Of a stretch of DNA of 64,000 nt, positions 26,902-34,712 are shown in pieces. The stretch is from positions 143,472-207,471 of the forward strand of contig JAAXJX010000005.1 of assembly GCA_012269595.1 (NCBI GenBank), in the 5' to 3' direction. The translations under genes and the position numbers were made by a program. The notes beneath the pieces were generated by a model that was not told the DNA's origin, searched no databases, and saw nothing but the letters and a program-made list of their open reading frames with translations. Origin of the DNA: Planctomycetia bacterium. Lineage in GTDB: Bacteria; Planctomycetota; UBA8108; UBA1146. How positions within the stretch are numbered: position 1 is the first letter of the stretch; each line of letters begins with the position of its first letter.

Positions 26902-26930
26902 AAAGTCCGAGTGACTAAAGTCCGAGTGAC
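26902..26930. repeat. Exact tandem repeat of AAAGTCCGAGTGAC (15-bp period, 2 copies) in the intergenic region
   Basis: AAAGTCCGAGTGAC-T-AAAGTCCGAGTGAC, about 60 nt upstream of the proposed nadC start. Confidence 0.9.
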
Positions 26931-26991
26931 AAAACCCAGAATCGCATGAATCCTGTTCAGGCAGGATTGCTGATTTGACAGGGAGACCAAA

Positions 26992-28029
26992 CTGAATCAC
27001 GAACCCCACTTCTGGAGTCAGCCGGAGACTCTCAGCGCCCTCGAGGTTTGGATCGAGTCCGCACTGCAGGAAGATGCTGCAGGGGCGGATTTGACGGCCC
27101 CTGTTCTGCGGAATTCAGTCCTTCCTCATTCTGCGGGCGAAGAATCTGCTGCGGGCGAAGAATCTGCTACTGGCGAGAACACTGCAGTCGAGAATTCCGG
27201 GGAAGGGCGAAATCCATTGATCGCCAGGGGAGTGATTACGGCCAAGGCCCATGGGGTGATCTGCGGACTGGAAGCGGTCGAACAGGTACTGAAGCACCTC
27301 GATCCGGAACTTCGAACTGTGGAGACTCGAGCAGATGGATGCGTCGTGAAACCCGGTGAGGAGATCTTCGTCGCTACCGGGTTGGCCACTTCCCTGTTGG
27401 CTGGAGAAAGAACAGCCCTGAACATCTGCAGCCACTTGTCAGGGATTGCCACCGCCACGGCAAATCTGGTGCAGATTGCAGGGGGGGTGAAAATCTATGA
27501 CACCCGCAAGACACTGCCGGGAATTCGCAGATTCCAGAAGTATGCGGTGACGGTGGGTGGGGGCAACAACCATCGACATGACCTCGCAGACTTTCCGATG
27601 TTCAAGGAGAACCACCGGGCGATCCTTCAGAAATCCCGTCCTCAACTGGCAGGAAATCCCCTCGAGGAGATCCGCTGGATCAAGTCTGAACTGGCCCGTG
27701 AAGGATATTCGGGAACCATCAGTATTGAGGTGGAGGATGAAGCCAGCCTCAGAGCTTGTCTGGAAGAGGGAATCGAAGTGATTCTGGTCGACAACATTTC
27801 CCCTTCCACTCTGGCAAAATGGATCGATCGGGCCCGTCTCGATCAGATTCCAGTCGATGGTTCCCATTTGGAGGCGAGTGGAGGCATCGACGGGGATACC
27901 CTTGCGGAACATGCTTCCAGCGGGGTGGGAAGAATTTCCGTGGGAGCGATCACCCACTCCAGTAAAGTTCTCGATCTGAGTATGTCAGTGGAGTTGTTGT
28001 CTGAGGATTCGGGAGCCGGGGATGACTGA
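26992..28029 (+). CDS. nadC: Nicotinate-nucleotide pyrophosphorylase (carboxylating)
   Basis: GERTALNICSHLSGIATAT..., YDTRKTLPGIRRFQKYAVTVGGGNNHR. The conserved N-terminal helix ALQEDAAGADLT lies upstream of the first ATG/GTG/TTG (TTG 27091). The frame is open from 26974, and the CTG at 26992 has GGGAG 6 nt upstream. The exact start is uncertain. Confidence 0.85.
   Translation: MNHEPHFWSQPETLSALEVWIESALQEDAAGADLTAPVLRNSVLPHSAGEESAAGEESATGENTAVENSGEGRNPLIARGVITAKAHGVICGLEAVEQVLKHLDPELRTVETRADGCVVKPGEEIFVATGLATSLLAGERTALNICSHLSGIATATANLVQIAGGVKIYDTRKTLPGIRRFQKYAVTVGGGNNHRHDLADFPMFKENHRAILQKSRPQLAGNPLEEIRWIKSELAREGYSGTISIEVEDEASLRACLEEGIEVILVDNISPSTLAKWIDRARLDQIPVDGSHLEASGGIDGDTLAEHASSGVGRISVGAITHSSKVLDLSMSVELLSEDSGAGDD
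27133..27186 (+). repeat. In-frame 18-bp tandem repeat inside nadC (2 exact copies plus 1 degenerate)
   Basis: GCGGGCGAAGAATCTGCT x2, then ACTGGCGAGAACACTGCA. Encodes AGEESA-AGEESA-TGENTA. Confidence 0.9.
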
Positions 28030-28645
28030 TTCATCAAAAATCGGTGACGGTGCAGATACTTCAGCAGAAGAGATGTCCCATGTGGATTCTGAAGTGAAGA
28101 TCGCCCCGAAGAATACTGCCGGTATCGGTTTCTGGCGCAAGCTGTTGCAGTTGGATGACACTCCGGAATCGATCGCTCTCGGGGCTGCCGTCGGAATGTT
28201 CATCGCATGGACGCCAACAGTGGGAATTCAGATGGTCGTCGTGATCCTGCTGGCTCTGGTGATTCCCATGAATCGCCTGGCTGGATTGATCGTCATTTAT
28301 ATCTCGAACCCGCTGACGATGATCCCCATGTATTACCTGGAGTATCTCCTCGGATTGCAAGTCTTGGGGGATCAGGGAATGAACTACGATGAGTTTCTGG
28401 TGTTCTTCAACGAGATACTGGAAATCGCCAACCGGGAAACTTTCTGGACCGCCACAAAGGTCTTTCTCGAGCAGTTGGGTTATCCGGTGTTGAAAGCCCT
28501 GACTGTGGGTGGGACTCTCCTCGGAATTCTGACCGCAATCCCAACGTACCCCCTGACTTTAAAGTGGGTGAAGGGGTACCGTAATTCCCGCAGCAAAGCG
28601 AAAGCTGCAAACCCCCTCAAAACTGAGGCTGAAGGGAACGAATGA
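28022..28645 (+). CDS. DUF2062-family membrane protein
   Basis: FWRKLLQLDDTPESIALGAAVGMFIAWTPTVGIQMVVVILLALVIPMNRLAGLIVIYISNPLT. Overlaps the nadC stop by 8 nt. Confidence 0.7.
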   Translation: MTDSSKIGDGADTSAEEMSHVDSEVKIAPKNTAGIGFWRKLLQLDDTPESIALGAAVGMFIAWTPTVGIQMVVVILLALVIPMNRLAGLIVIYISNPLTMIPMYYLEYLLGLQVLGDQGMNYDEFLVFFNEILEIANRETFWTATKVFLEQLGYPVLKALTVGGTLLGILTAIPTYPLTLKWVKGYRNSRSKAKAANPLKTEAEGNE

Positions 28646-29154
28646 TGTCCATCAACGGAATGATCGATCTTCGACGGGTATCGATGCTGACCTTGTTTGC
28701 GATCACAATTCTTTGCAGTGGTTGCCAGCAGAAGGGAGCGGTTCCAATTCAGGCCAGGCCCGGAAAGCACCCTGTGGAAATTTCAGGCCACAAGGTTTGG
28801 TGCATGATTGCGGCAGACAATGCATCCCGCCAAAGGGGATTGATGTACCGATCGAGTCTTCCCGATGATGAGGGAATGCTCTTCATCTTTCCACAGGCGT
28901 CCTCCCAGGGCTTCTGGATGAAAAATTGCCTGATGGACATGGACATCGCCTACATCGATGATGCCGGCAAGATCGTCGATATCATCACCATGAAAGCTCC
29001 CAAACCCGGAGACGTCCTGTTTCCGCGATATCGCTCCAGTCAGCCGGTTCGTTACGCTCTCGAAACCAATCCTGGCTGGTTTGCCAAACGCGGTATTGAA
29101 GTCGGGGAAATGGTGCAGGGTTATCGCGGGCCGGGAAATCTGGTTCCGCGCTGA
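28642..29154 (+). CDS. DUF192-family protein, probable lipoprotein
   Basis: LFAITILCSGC lipobox-like. GLMYRSSLPDDEGMLFIF...GFWMKNCLMDMDIAYID...YALETNPGWF. ATGA overlap with the upstream stop. Confidence 0.7.
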   Translation: MMSINGMIDLRRVSMLTLFAITILCSGCQQKGAVPIQARPGKHPVEISGHKVWCMIAADNASRQRGLMYRSSLPDDEGMLFIFPQASSQGFWMKNCLMDMDIAYIDDAGKIVDIITMKAPKPGDVLFPRYRSSQPVRYALETNPGWFAKRGIEVGEMVQGYRGPGNLVPR

Positions 29155-29183
29155 TCGGGGATTCGACCACGAAAGGCGACGAG

Positions 29184-29600
29184 TTGATTCGCAATCCGGA
29201 TCAGACTCGCCAGTGGCAGATCGCTTCGATTCTCTTCTGGTTGATCCTTCTCGGGTTGCATGGACTCGTGATGGGGCCCCTTTGGTCCGACGGCGATCCT
29301 GATCTCAAACTGTTGCACGAGAGCCCGCGTGACCAATCGTGGGTGACGGTGGACTTGAGGACGGATCCGCTGGCTCGCTTGCAGTTGATCTCCGGAATCG
29401 GGCCCGGTTTGGCGGCCAAAATTGTCACCGCCCGGGTGGAAAGAGAGCGAGCGGGGCTTTCTGCCCTTCCCTGTCGTTGTACATTCATGCAGATCCCCGG
29501 GCTTCCTGACAGGGCCCTGATGGATGCCGGGCCGTGGGTCTTGCCCCTGCCCTGTCCCGGCTTTGAATGCCTTCACGACGATCAGGCAGGGGAGAGATAG
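29184..29600 (+). CDS. ComEA-like helix-hairpin-helix DNA-binding protein
   Basis: TM helix, then VDLRTDPLARLQLISGIGPGLAAKIVTARVE...MQIPGLPDRAL (two HhH units). TTG start. Confidence 0.55.
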   Translation: MIRNPDQTRQWQIASILFWLILLGLHGLVMGPLWSDGDPDLKLLHESPRDQSWVTVDLRTDPLARLQLISGIGPGLAAKIVTARVERERAGLSALPCRCTFMQIPGLPDRALMDAGPWVLPLPCPGFECLHDDQAGER

Positions 29601-29631
29601 CAATGAAAGGTGATCTCTTACCGGGTCAGCC

Positions 29632-31674
29632 ATGAAACAGTTTCGATATCCCGGATCACCCTTTGTGGTCCATTCCGAGTTTGAACCCGCCGGGGACCAA
29701 CCACAGGCCATCGATCGCCTTGCGGAGGGCATCGATTCCGGTCGAGAAGGTCAAATTCTTCTCGGTGTGACCGGGTCGGGAAAAACCTACATGATGGCAC
29801 ACCTTATCGCCCGGTCAGGTCGCCCGGCCATCATCATCTCCCATAACAAGACTCTGGCTGCCCAGCTCTACTCGGAGATGAAGCGGTTCCTCCCGGAGAA
29901 TGCGGTCGAGTACTTTGTTTCCTATTACGACTACTACCAACCGGAAGCCTACGTACCGTCGCGGGATATCTACATTGAGAAAGACGCAGCGGTCAACGCG
30001 GATCTGGACCGTTTGAGATTGGCCACCACCGCCAGTCTTCTGACACGGCCTGACGTGGTCATCATCTCTTCTGTCTCCTGCATCTATGGACTGGGATCGC
30101 CGGAAGCATTCAAGGGAAAGATGATTCACCTTGCCGAGGGGCAGGAGCTGGATCGGGAAGAACTGCTGCGCAAGCTCATCGACATTCAATACGAACGCAA
30201 TGATATCGAGCCTGCCAGGGGTACCTTCCGTGCACGTGGTGACATCGTTGAGATTCATGCAGCCAACGAAGAGGTGGCTTATCGTGTCGACCTGTTCGGC
30301 GATACCATCGAAAGAATTGAGGAATTCCATCCGGTCAGTGGGGTGATTCTCGGGCAGTTGGATCAACTGACCATCTTTCCGGCGAAGCATTATGTGATCA
30401 ATGAACGGGATCTGGATCGGGGGGTGGCAGGAATCCAGAAGGAACTCGGTGACAGGCTCAAAGAGTTGCGGGAGAACGGCAAAGATCTGGAAGCGCACCG
30501 TTTACAGTCAAGAACCCGTTACGATATCGAGCTCCTCAATGAGGCCGGATACTGTCCCGGAATCGAGAATTACGCCCGCCACTTCAACGGATTGGCTCCG
30601 GGTGAGCGGCCACCGAATCTGCTCGATTATTTCCCGGAGAACCACCTGACCCTGGTCGATGAATCCCATGTCACCCTTCCGCAGTTGGGCGGGATGCACG
30701 AGGGGGATCGCTCGCGAAAACAGACTCTCGTCGATCATGGATTTCGTCTCCCCAGTGCTCTGGACAACCGTCCGATGCGATTTGACGAATGGCGCAAGGT
30801 GACCGGGCAAACACTGTTTTTGTCTGCTACCCCGGGCCCCATCGAATTGGAAGCAACCCAGGGTGAAGTGGTGGAAGTGATCAACCGCCCGACCGGGCTT
30901 CTGGATCCGGTCGTGGAGGTGAAACCTGCCACAGGTCAGGTACCGGATCTTCTGGAAGAGATACGCGTCACAATTGCCGCGGGATTCCGGGTGTTGGTCA
31001 CAACCCTGACCAAACGAATGTCGGAAGACCTGAGTGACTTTTTTCAGGAAACTGAGATCAAGGCTCGTTACCTGCATTCGGAGATCGACACTCTGGAAAG
31101 GGTGGAGATCCTTCAGGAGTTGAGGAAGGGCGTCTACGATGTCCTTGTGGGAGTCAATCTACTGCGGGAAGGCCTCGACTTGCCTGAAGTGGCACTGGTG
31201 GCCATCATGGATGCAGACAAGGAAGGCTTTCTGCGAAGCGAGACTTCCCTGATCCAGACGATTGGACGTGCTGCCCGAAATGCCGAAGCACGGGTCATCC
31301 TTTATGGCGACGTCGTCACCGGATCGATGGAGCGGGCGATCGCCGAAACCAATCGCCGTCGAGGGATACAACAGGCGTTCAATGAAGAGCATGGAATCAC
31401 CCCGAAGACCGTGATTCGCGATCTGGGAACGACTGTTGAGGAAGAGGTGCGAGAGCGGATCGAGGAGGTTCAGGGGAACGTGGATCACGTTCCTGTCGCA
31501 GAACGGGAGGAGAAGGCCCGGCAACTTGAGAAAGAGATGCTGGAGGCGGCTCAGGCCCTCGATTTTGAAAAGGCGGCTCTCCTTCGTGACCAGGTGCAGC
31601 GATTACGTGGAGAAGAGACCGCACCTGCAACCCCGTCCCCGGCCAAGCGCCGGGGAAAAAGAAAAAGACACTGA
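29632..31674 (+). CDS. uvrB: Excinuclease ABC subunit B
   Basis: FEPAGDQPQAIDRLAEGI...LLGVTGSGKTYMMA (Walker A), YYDYYQPEAY, DESH, and the C-terminal UVR motif ALDFEKAALLRDQV. Confidence 0.97.
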   Translation: MKQFRYPGSPFVVHSEFEPAGDQPQAIDRLAEGIDSGREGQILLGVTGSGKTYMMAHLIARSGRPAIIISHNKTLAAQLYSEMKRFLPENAVEYFVSYYDYYQPEAYVPSRDIYIEKDAAVNADLDRLRLATTASLLTRPDVVIISSVSCIYGLGSPEAFKGKMIHLAEGQELDREELLRKLIDIQYERNDIEPARGTFRARGDIVEIHAANEEVAYRVDLFGDTIERIEEFHPVSGVILGQLDQLTIFPAKHYVINERDLDRGVAGIQKELGDRLKELRENGKDLEAHRLQSRTRYDIELLNEAGYCPGIENYARHFNGLAPGERPPNLLDYFPENHLTLVDESHVTLPQLGGMHEGDRSRKQTLVDHGFRLPSALDNRPMRFDEWRKVTGQTLFLSATPGPIELEATQGEVVEVINRPTGLLDPVVEVKPATGQVPDLLEEIRVTIAAGFRVLVTTLTKRMSEDLSDFFQETEIKARYLHSEIDTLERVEILQELRKGVYDVLVGVNLLREGLDLPEVALVAIMDADKEGFLRSETSLIQTIGRAARNAEARVILYGDVVTGSMERAIAETNRRRGIQQAFNEEHGITPKTVIRDLGTTVEEEVRERIEEVQGNVDHVPVAEREEKARQLEKEMLEAAQALDFEKAALLRDQVQRLRGEETAPATPSPAKRRGKRKRH

Positions 31675-31701
31675 ATACCCGCACCGAAAAGGGCGATTCT
31701 T

Positions 31702-34407
31702 TTGGCGCAAGGCACTCCTGAAATTCCTGGTTTCCAACCTCTTGAGATCCGTGGAGGCGGTGAATTGGGGATCTGGATCGAGGCTCGCCAGGTTCGGTTG
31801 GATCGCAAGGTTCTGCTGAAGGTTCTGCCTGCGGCAGAATCCCACCAGGAAGCCGATTTCCTTCGTGAAGTTCAGGGAATGGTTCAACTGGATGGGCGTG
31901 GTGTACTGAGGGTGATCGAAGAGGGGCAGGTCGGGAAAGCCCGTTTTGTCGCTTTGGATGAAGCAGGAGGCCTTCGCCCCGCTTCCGGAGATCTGGGGGA
32001 AGAAGAAGTTCCCCAACTGGCCAGTATGCTTCTTTCCCTCTACCTCGATGCTCACGAATTGGGTATGCGTCCCGGGAGAATCCCGGTCGAATCCCTGCGT
32101 CAATTACCGGCGGGAGGATTTGTCGTCGGTGAACTGGGCAGAGTGACGGTCATCGACAAGAAAGATGATTTCGAAACTTTACGAGCAGCCGCTTCCGAAA
32201 CCCTGAGGCGCTGGTGTCGATCCCTGGGTCTGGAAGTACAAGTCGAACCCTATCTGGACGACTTGCGGCAAACTGGAATCCCTTTGAGGCAACTGCTGAG
32301 TCAGTGGCAGTTGAAATCTCTGGCAGGGACTGGCACTACCCCCGCAATGGGAACATGGCCCGGGTCCCGAAGGTCTATGGTGTTGGGTCTCCTTTTGTTT
32401 GCAGCGATCCTCCTGATTTGGGTGAACTCTGCAGAAGATCCTGTAGGTGAGAGGGCCCCCTCGTCGATTTCGAATTTGTCGCAGGGAAGTCCGTCAGGGG
32501 GCGAAGCAGAAACCTCTTTGGAAAAAGACACGGCCCCATCGGGCTCTACCGTATCTCTCGAGGAGCGGTCCCGGCCTTCCGGGGAGAAGATGGAGAAGAA
32601 TCCCTCCGGGGAGGAGTCTGCAGAAGAGCAACCCGTGACACCTGTGCAGTGGGATCAGCTCATGCTTGTGGATCAACACCGGCGGGCGTGGGCCCAGTGG
32701 TGTGAGGAAGTTGATCCGGGTTCTCTGCCTGGAAGTGGCGCCCTTCTAACCACGCTTTCTCTTTCCGATTCAGATCGCTCCGCGATTGAGGGCGCACTTT
32801 TGTGGCAGGAATCACTGTTGTTTAAAAGGTCGCTGGTAGAGATGGAAAGGTATGTTTCCCAGTGCGAAGTCGAGCCCGCTGAAGCGCTGATGAATCAAGT
32901 CAGGGATCGACTGCCTGAGAGCCGGTTGTCGAAATTGGAAGACGCCCTGCTGGAGGCAAAACGGAAACTTGCCCTTCAGGAAGAGTTGTGGACCGCCTTG
33001 TTGAAGAGGGCACTGGAATCGATTCTTGAAACAGGGAGTTTTGAAGCGCTCAAGGCTGGAGCGAATCAGGGTTGGTTACCCGGCACCCGATTCGATTCAC
33101 GAAAGTCTGAGTTTATTGAAGAACTTTCAAGGATGGATTCTCTTCAACGAAGTGTGATTCGTTCTTTGCGTCAATCATTGGAGGTGAATGCCACCCTGAC
33201 GATTCCTCTGAAATCGGGCACATCTTTGAAAGCACGATTACTGGAGGTCGAATCAGCAAGACTGGTGGTCAAGCCTGTCGGAAGAAAAGAGCCGGTTGTT
33301 CTTACCTGGTCTGAAATCGACCCTCTGTGGAGTACGGATTGGCTGAAGTCAGCAGAGGGGGGGCCCGCTTCTTCCCCTGATCCGCGATTGATTCTTCTTT
33401 GGGGTGGATTGGAAGGAGTGGAGGCGGGCGAGGGTGTGCCGGGTCTTTCGCCGGTTTTGGAGGAAGCCATCGCCATCACCCGGGAGTGGCGACTGAATCT
33501 GGCATGGCAACAATTGGAAGCCCTTGCCGATTCCGGAGAGGACACCGGGTTGCGAGCGTCGGTGGAGGCACTGATACAGCGCTTTGGCAGAGAGCAGTGG
33601 TCTGATTCCCGGATGCGAACCCTTGAAGAATGGTGGATTTTGCCTCAGGTGGAAATCGGACCCACGGCCATCGGTCTGTATTCCGGTGCCGCGAAGGTGG
33701 AGTGGTCGCGACAGGAAAACCCATCCACATCGACTTCTGGGGAATCTCCCCGTTTTGAATTGGACCTGCTCTGGAATTCATCGGCAGGGATTGCTGCGGA
33801 TTGGACCGGGGGATCCAAGGGGGATTTGAAGGATGCCCGGGGCGGTGGCGTTCTGATTCGCGGTGGGATCAATCTCCAGTCGCGACTTCAATTTGAGGAG
33901 AGGGTTCGCCTGCTGATTGAAGGCGCGATCACGGTCAGGGAAAAGCCGAATCTCAACCTGATTCTCTGGACCGGAAGTGATGCCCCTCTTTGGTTCGGTC
34001 TGGGATTTCGTCCCCCTGAGAGATCTTCCTTTACTTCCGCAGGTGAAACGGTGCTTCTGCCCGCCCACGGGATCATGAAGGTTCCGGACATGAATTTGCC
34101 TGATTCCGATTCCGGAGAGGATCCGCTTCCTTTTCCACTGCCGGTCATGGGGCCTCGTTTGACCCCTGGCCAGTTACTGCAGGTCGAGCTGTTGGATACT
34201 CCGGAGGGATCCGAGATGTCTCTGAATGGTCGCAACATCCTGAGTTTTCCCAGAAATGCAAAGCCGGGAAAGGGGGGAATCGCCTTTCAGACCTTCGACA
34301 GTCCGGTCATGATTCGCGCCATTCGGGTGGAGGGGACCGTGGCCCTGAGCCAGTGGCGAGCCCTGCTATTGGAAAACGCCCAAAAAACCCTCTGGAACCG
34401 CCCTTAA
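31702..34407 (+). CDS. Single-pass membrane protein with an N-terminal degenerate Ser/Thr-kinase-like (pseudokinase) domain and a large extracytoplasmic region
   Basis: Gly-loop-like RGGGELG, VLLKVL (VAIK-like Lys) and FLREVQ (helix-C Glu) are kept. The catalytic-loop position reads AHELGMRPGRIPVESL, with no HRD Asp/Asn. TM segment MVLGLLLFAAILLIWV. The C-terminal GGIAFQTFDSPVMIRAIRVEG resembles ConA-like/DUF1080 ends. TTG start. Confidence 0.5.
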   Translation: MAQGTPEIPGFQPLEIRGGGELGIWIEARQVRLDRKVLLKVLPAAESHQEADFLREVQGMVQLDGRGVLRVIEEGQVGKARFVALDEAGGLRPASGDLGEEEVPQLASMLLSLYLDAHELGMRPGRIPVESLRQLPAGGFVVGELGRVTVIDKKDDFETLRAAASETLRRWCRSLGLEVQVEPYLDDLRQTGIPLRQLLSQWQLKSLAGTGTTPAMGTWPGSRRSMVLGLLLFAAILLIWVNSAEDPVGERAPSSISNLSQGSPSGGEAETSLEKDTAPSGSTVSLEERSRPSGEKMEKNPSGEESAEEQPVTPVQWDQLMLVDQHRRAWAQWCEEVDPGSLPGSGALLTTLSLSDSDRSAIEGALLWQESLLFKRSLVEMERYVSQCEVEPAEALMNQVRDRLPESRLSKLEDALLEAKRKLALQEELWTALLKRALESILETGSFEALKAGANQGWLPGTRFDSRKSEFIEELSRMDSLQRSVIRSLRQSLEVNATLTIPLKSGTSLKARLLEVESARLVVKPVGRKEPVVLTWSEIDPLWSTDWLKSAEGGPASSPDPRLILLWGGLEGVEAGEGVPGLSPVLEEAIAITREWRLNLAWQQLEALADSGEDTGLRASVEALIQRFGREQWSDSRMRTLEEWWILPQVEIGPTAIGLYSGAAKVEWSRQENPSTSTSGESPRFELDLLWNSSAGIAADWTGGSKGDLKDARGGGVLIRGGINLQSRLQFEERVRLLIEGAITVREKPNLNLILWTGSDAPLWFGLGFRPPERSSFTSAGETVLLPAHGIMKVPDMNLPDSDSGEDPLPFPLPVMGPRLTPGQLLQVELLDTPEGSEMSLNGRNILSFPRNAKPGKGGIAFQTFDSPVMIRAIRVEGTVALSQWRALLLENAQKTLWNRP

Positions 34408-34661
34408 ACCCCATTTAAGGCCTTCGCCAGACTTGCCCCGCAACTTCCCCTCATCTAAACTTTGAGGAGTGCTCCACTTGCGGTGAGGGCACCGCCAGAT
34501 CTGCCAATGTTCAGGGATTCTGCACGAGCCCTTCGGGGAAACATGGTGCCGGAACCAGGAACCGGAGATTTGGATTTCAGAGAGTCGATTCGGTGTCGGG
34601 ATGGCATTGGGATCCTCTCTTTCCACTGTGCTGAAAAGTGTTCCGGGTCCGGTGAACAAGC

Positions 34662-34700
34662 CGGATCAACATCAACGGATCAACACCAACGGATCAACAC
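34662..34700 (+). repeat. Three tandem CGGATCAACA units (14-nt period) in the 5' leader, abutting the SD
   Basis: CGGATCAACAT-CAA-CGGATCAACAC-CAA-CGGATCAACAC-C-AAGGAG-N5-ATG (34713). Confidence 0.9.
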
Positions 34701-34712
34701 CAAGGAGTTCTG

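Noticed and set aside
26870-26930. Possible RNase P RNA, suggested by AAAGTCCG and AACCCGG strings
   Set aside because: The motifs are in the wrong order relative to bacterial RNase P (GGAAAGUCCGGGC should come before ACAGAACCCGGCUUA). The AAAGTCCG is part of an exact tandem repeat, and no P4-type pairing partners are evident.
29121-29732. 203-aa minus-strand ORF between the DUF192 gene and uvrB
   Set aside because: It overlaps the plus-strand ComEA-like ORF, which has two helix-hairpin-helix motifs and fits the co-directional operon. The minus ORF is Pro/Arg/Gly-rich without motifs and would overlap the uvrB start.
26902-34700. CRISPR-like arrays, considered for the tandem repeats at 26902, 27133 and 34662
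   Set aside because: The repeats are only 10-18 nt long, occur in 2-3 copies, and have no spacers of CRISPR size. One of them is in-frame coding sequence. No cas genes are present.
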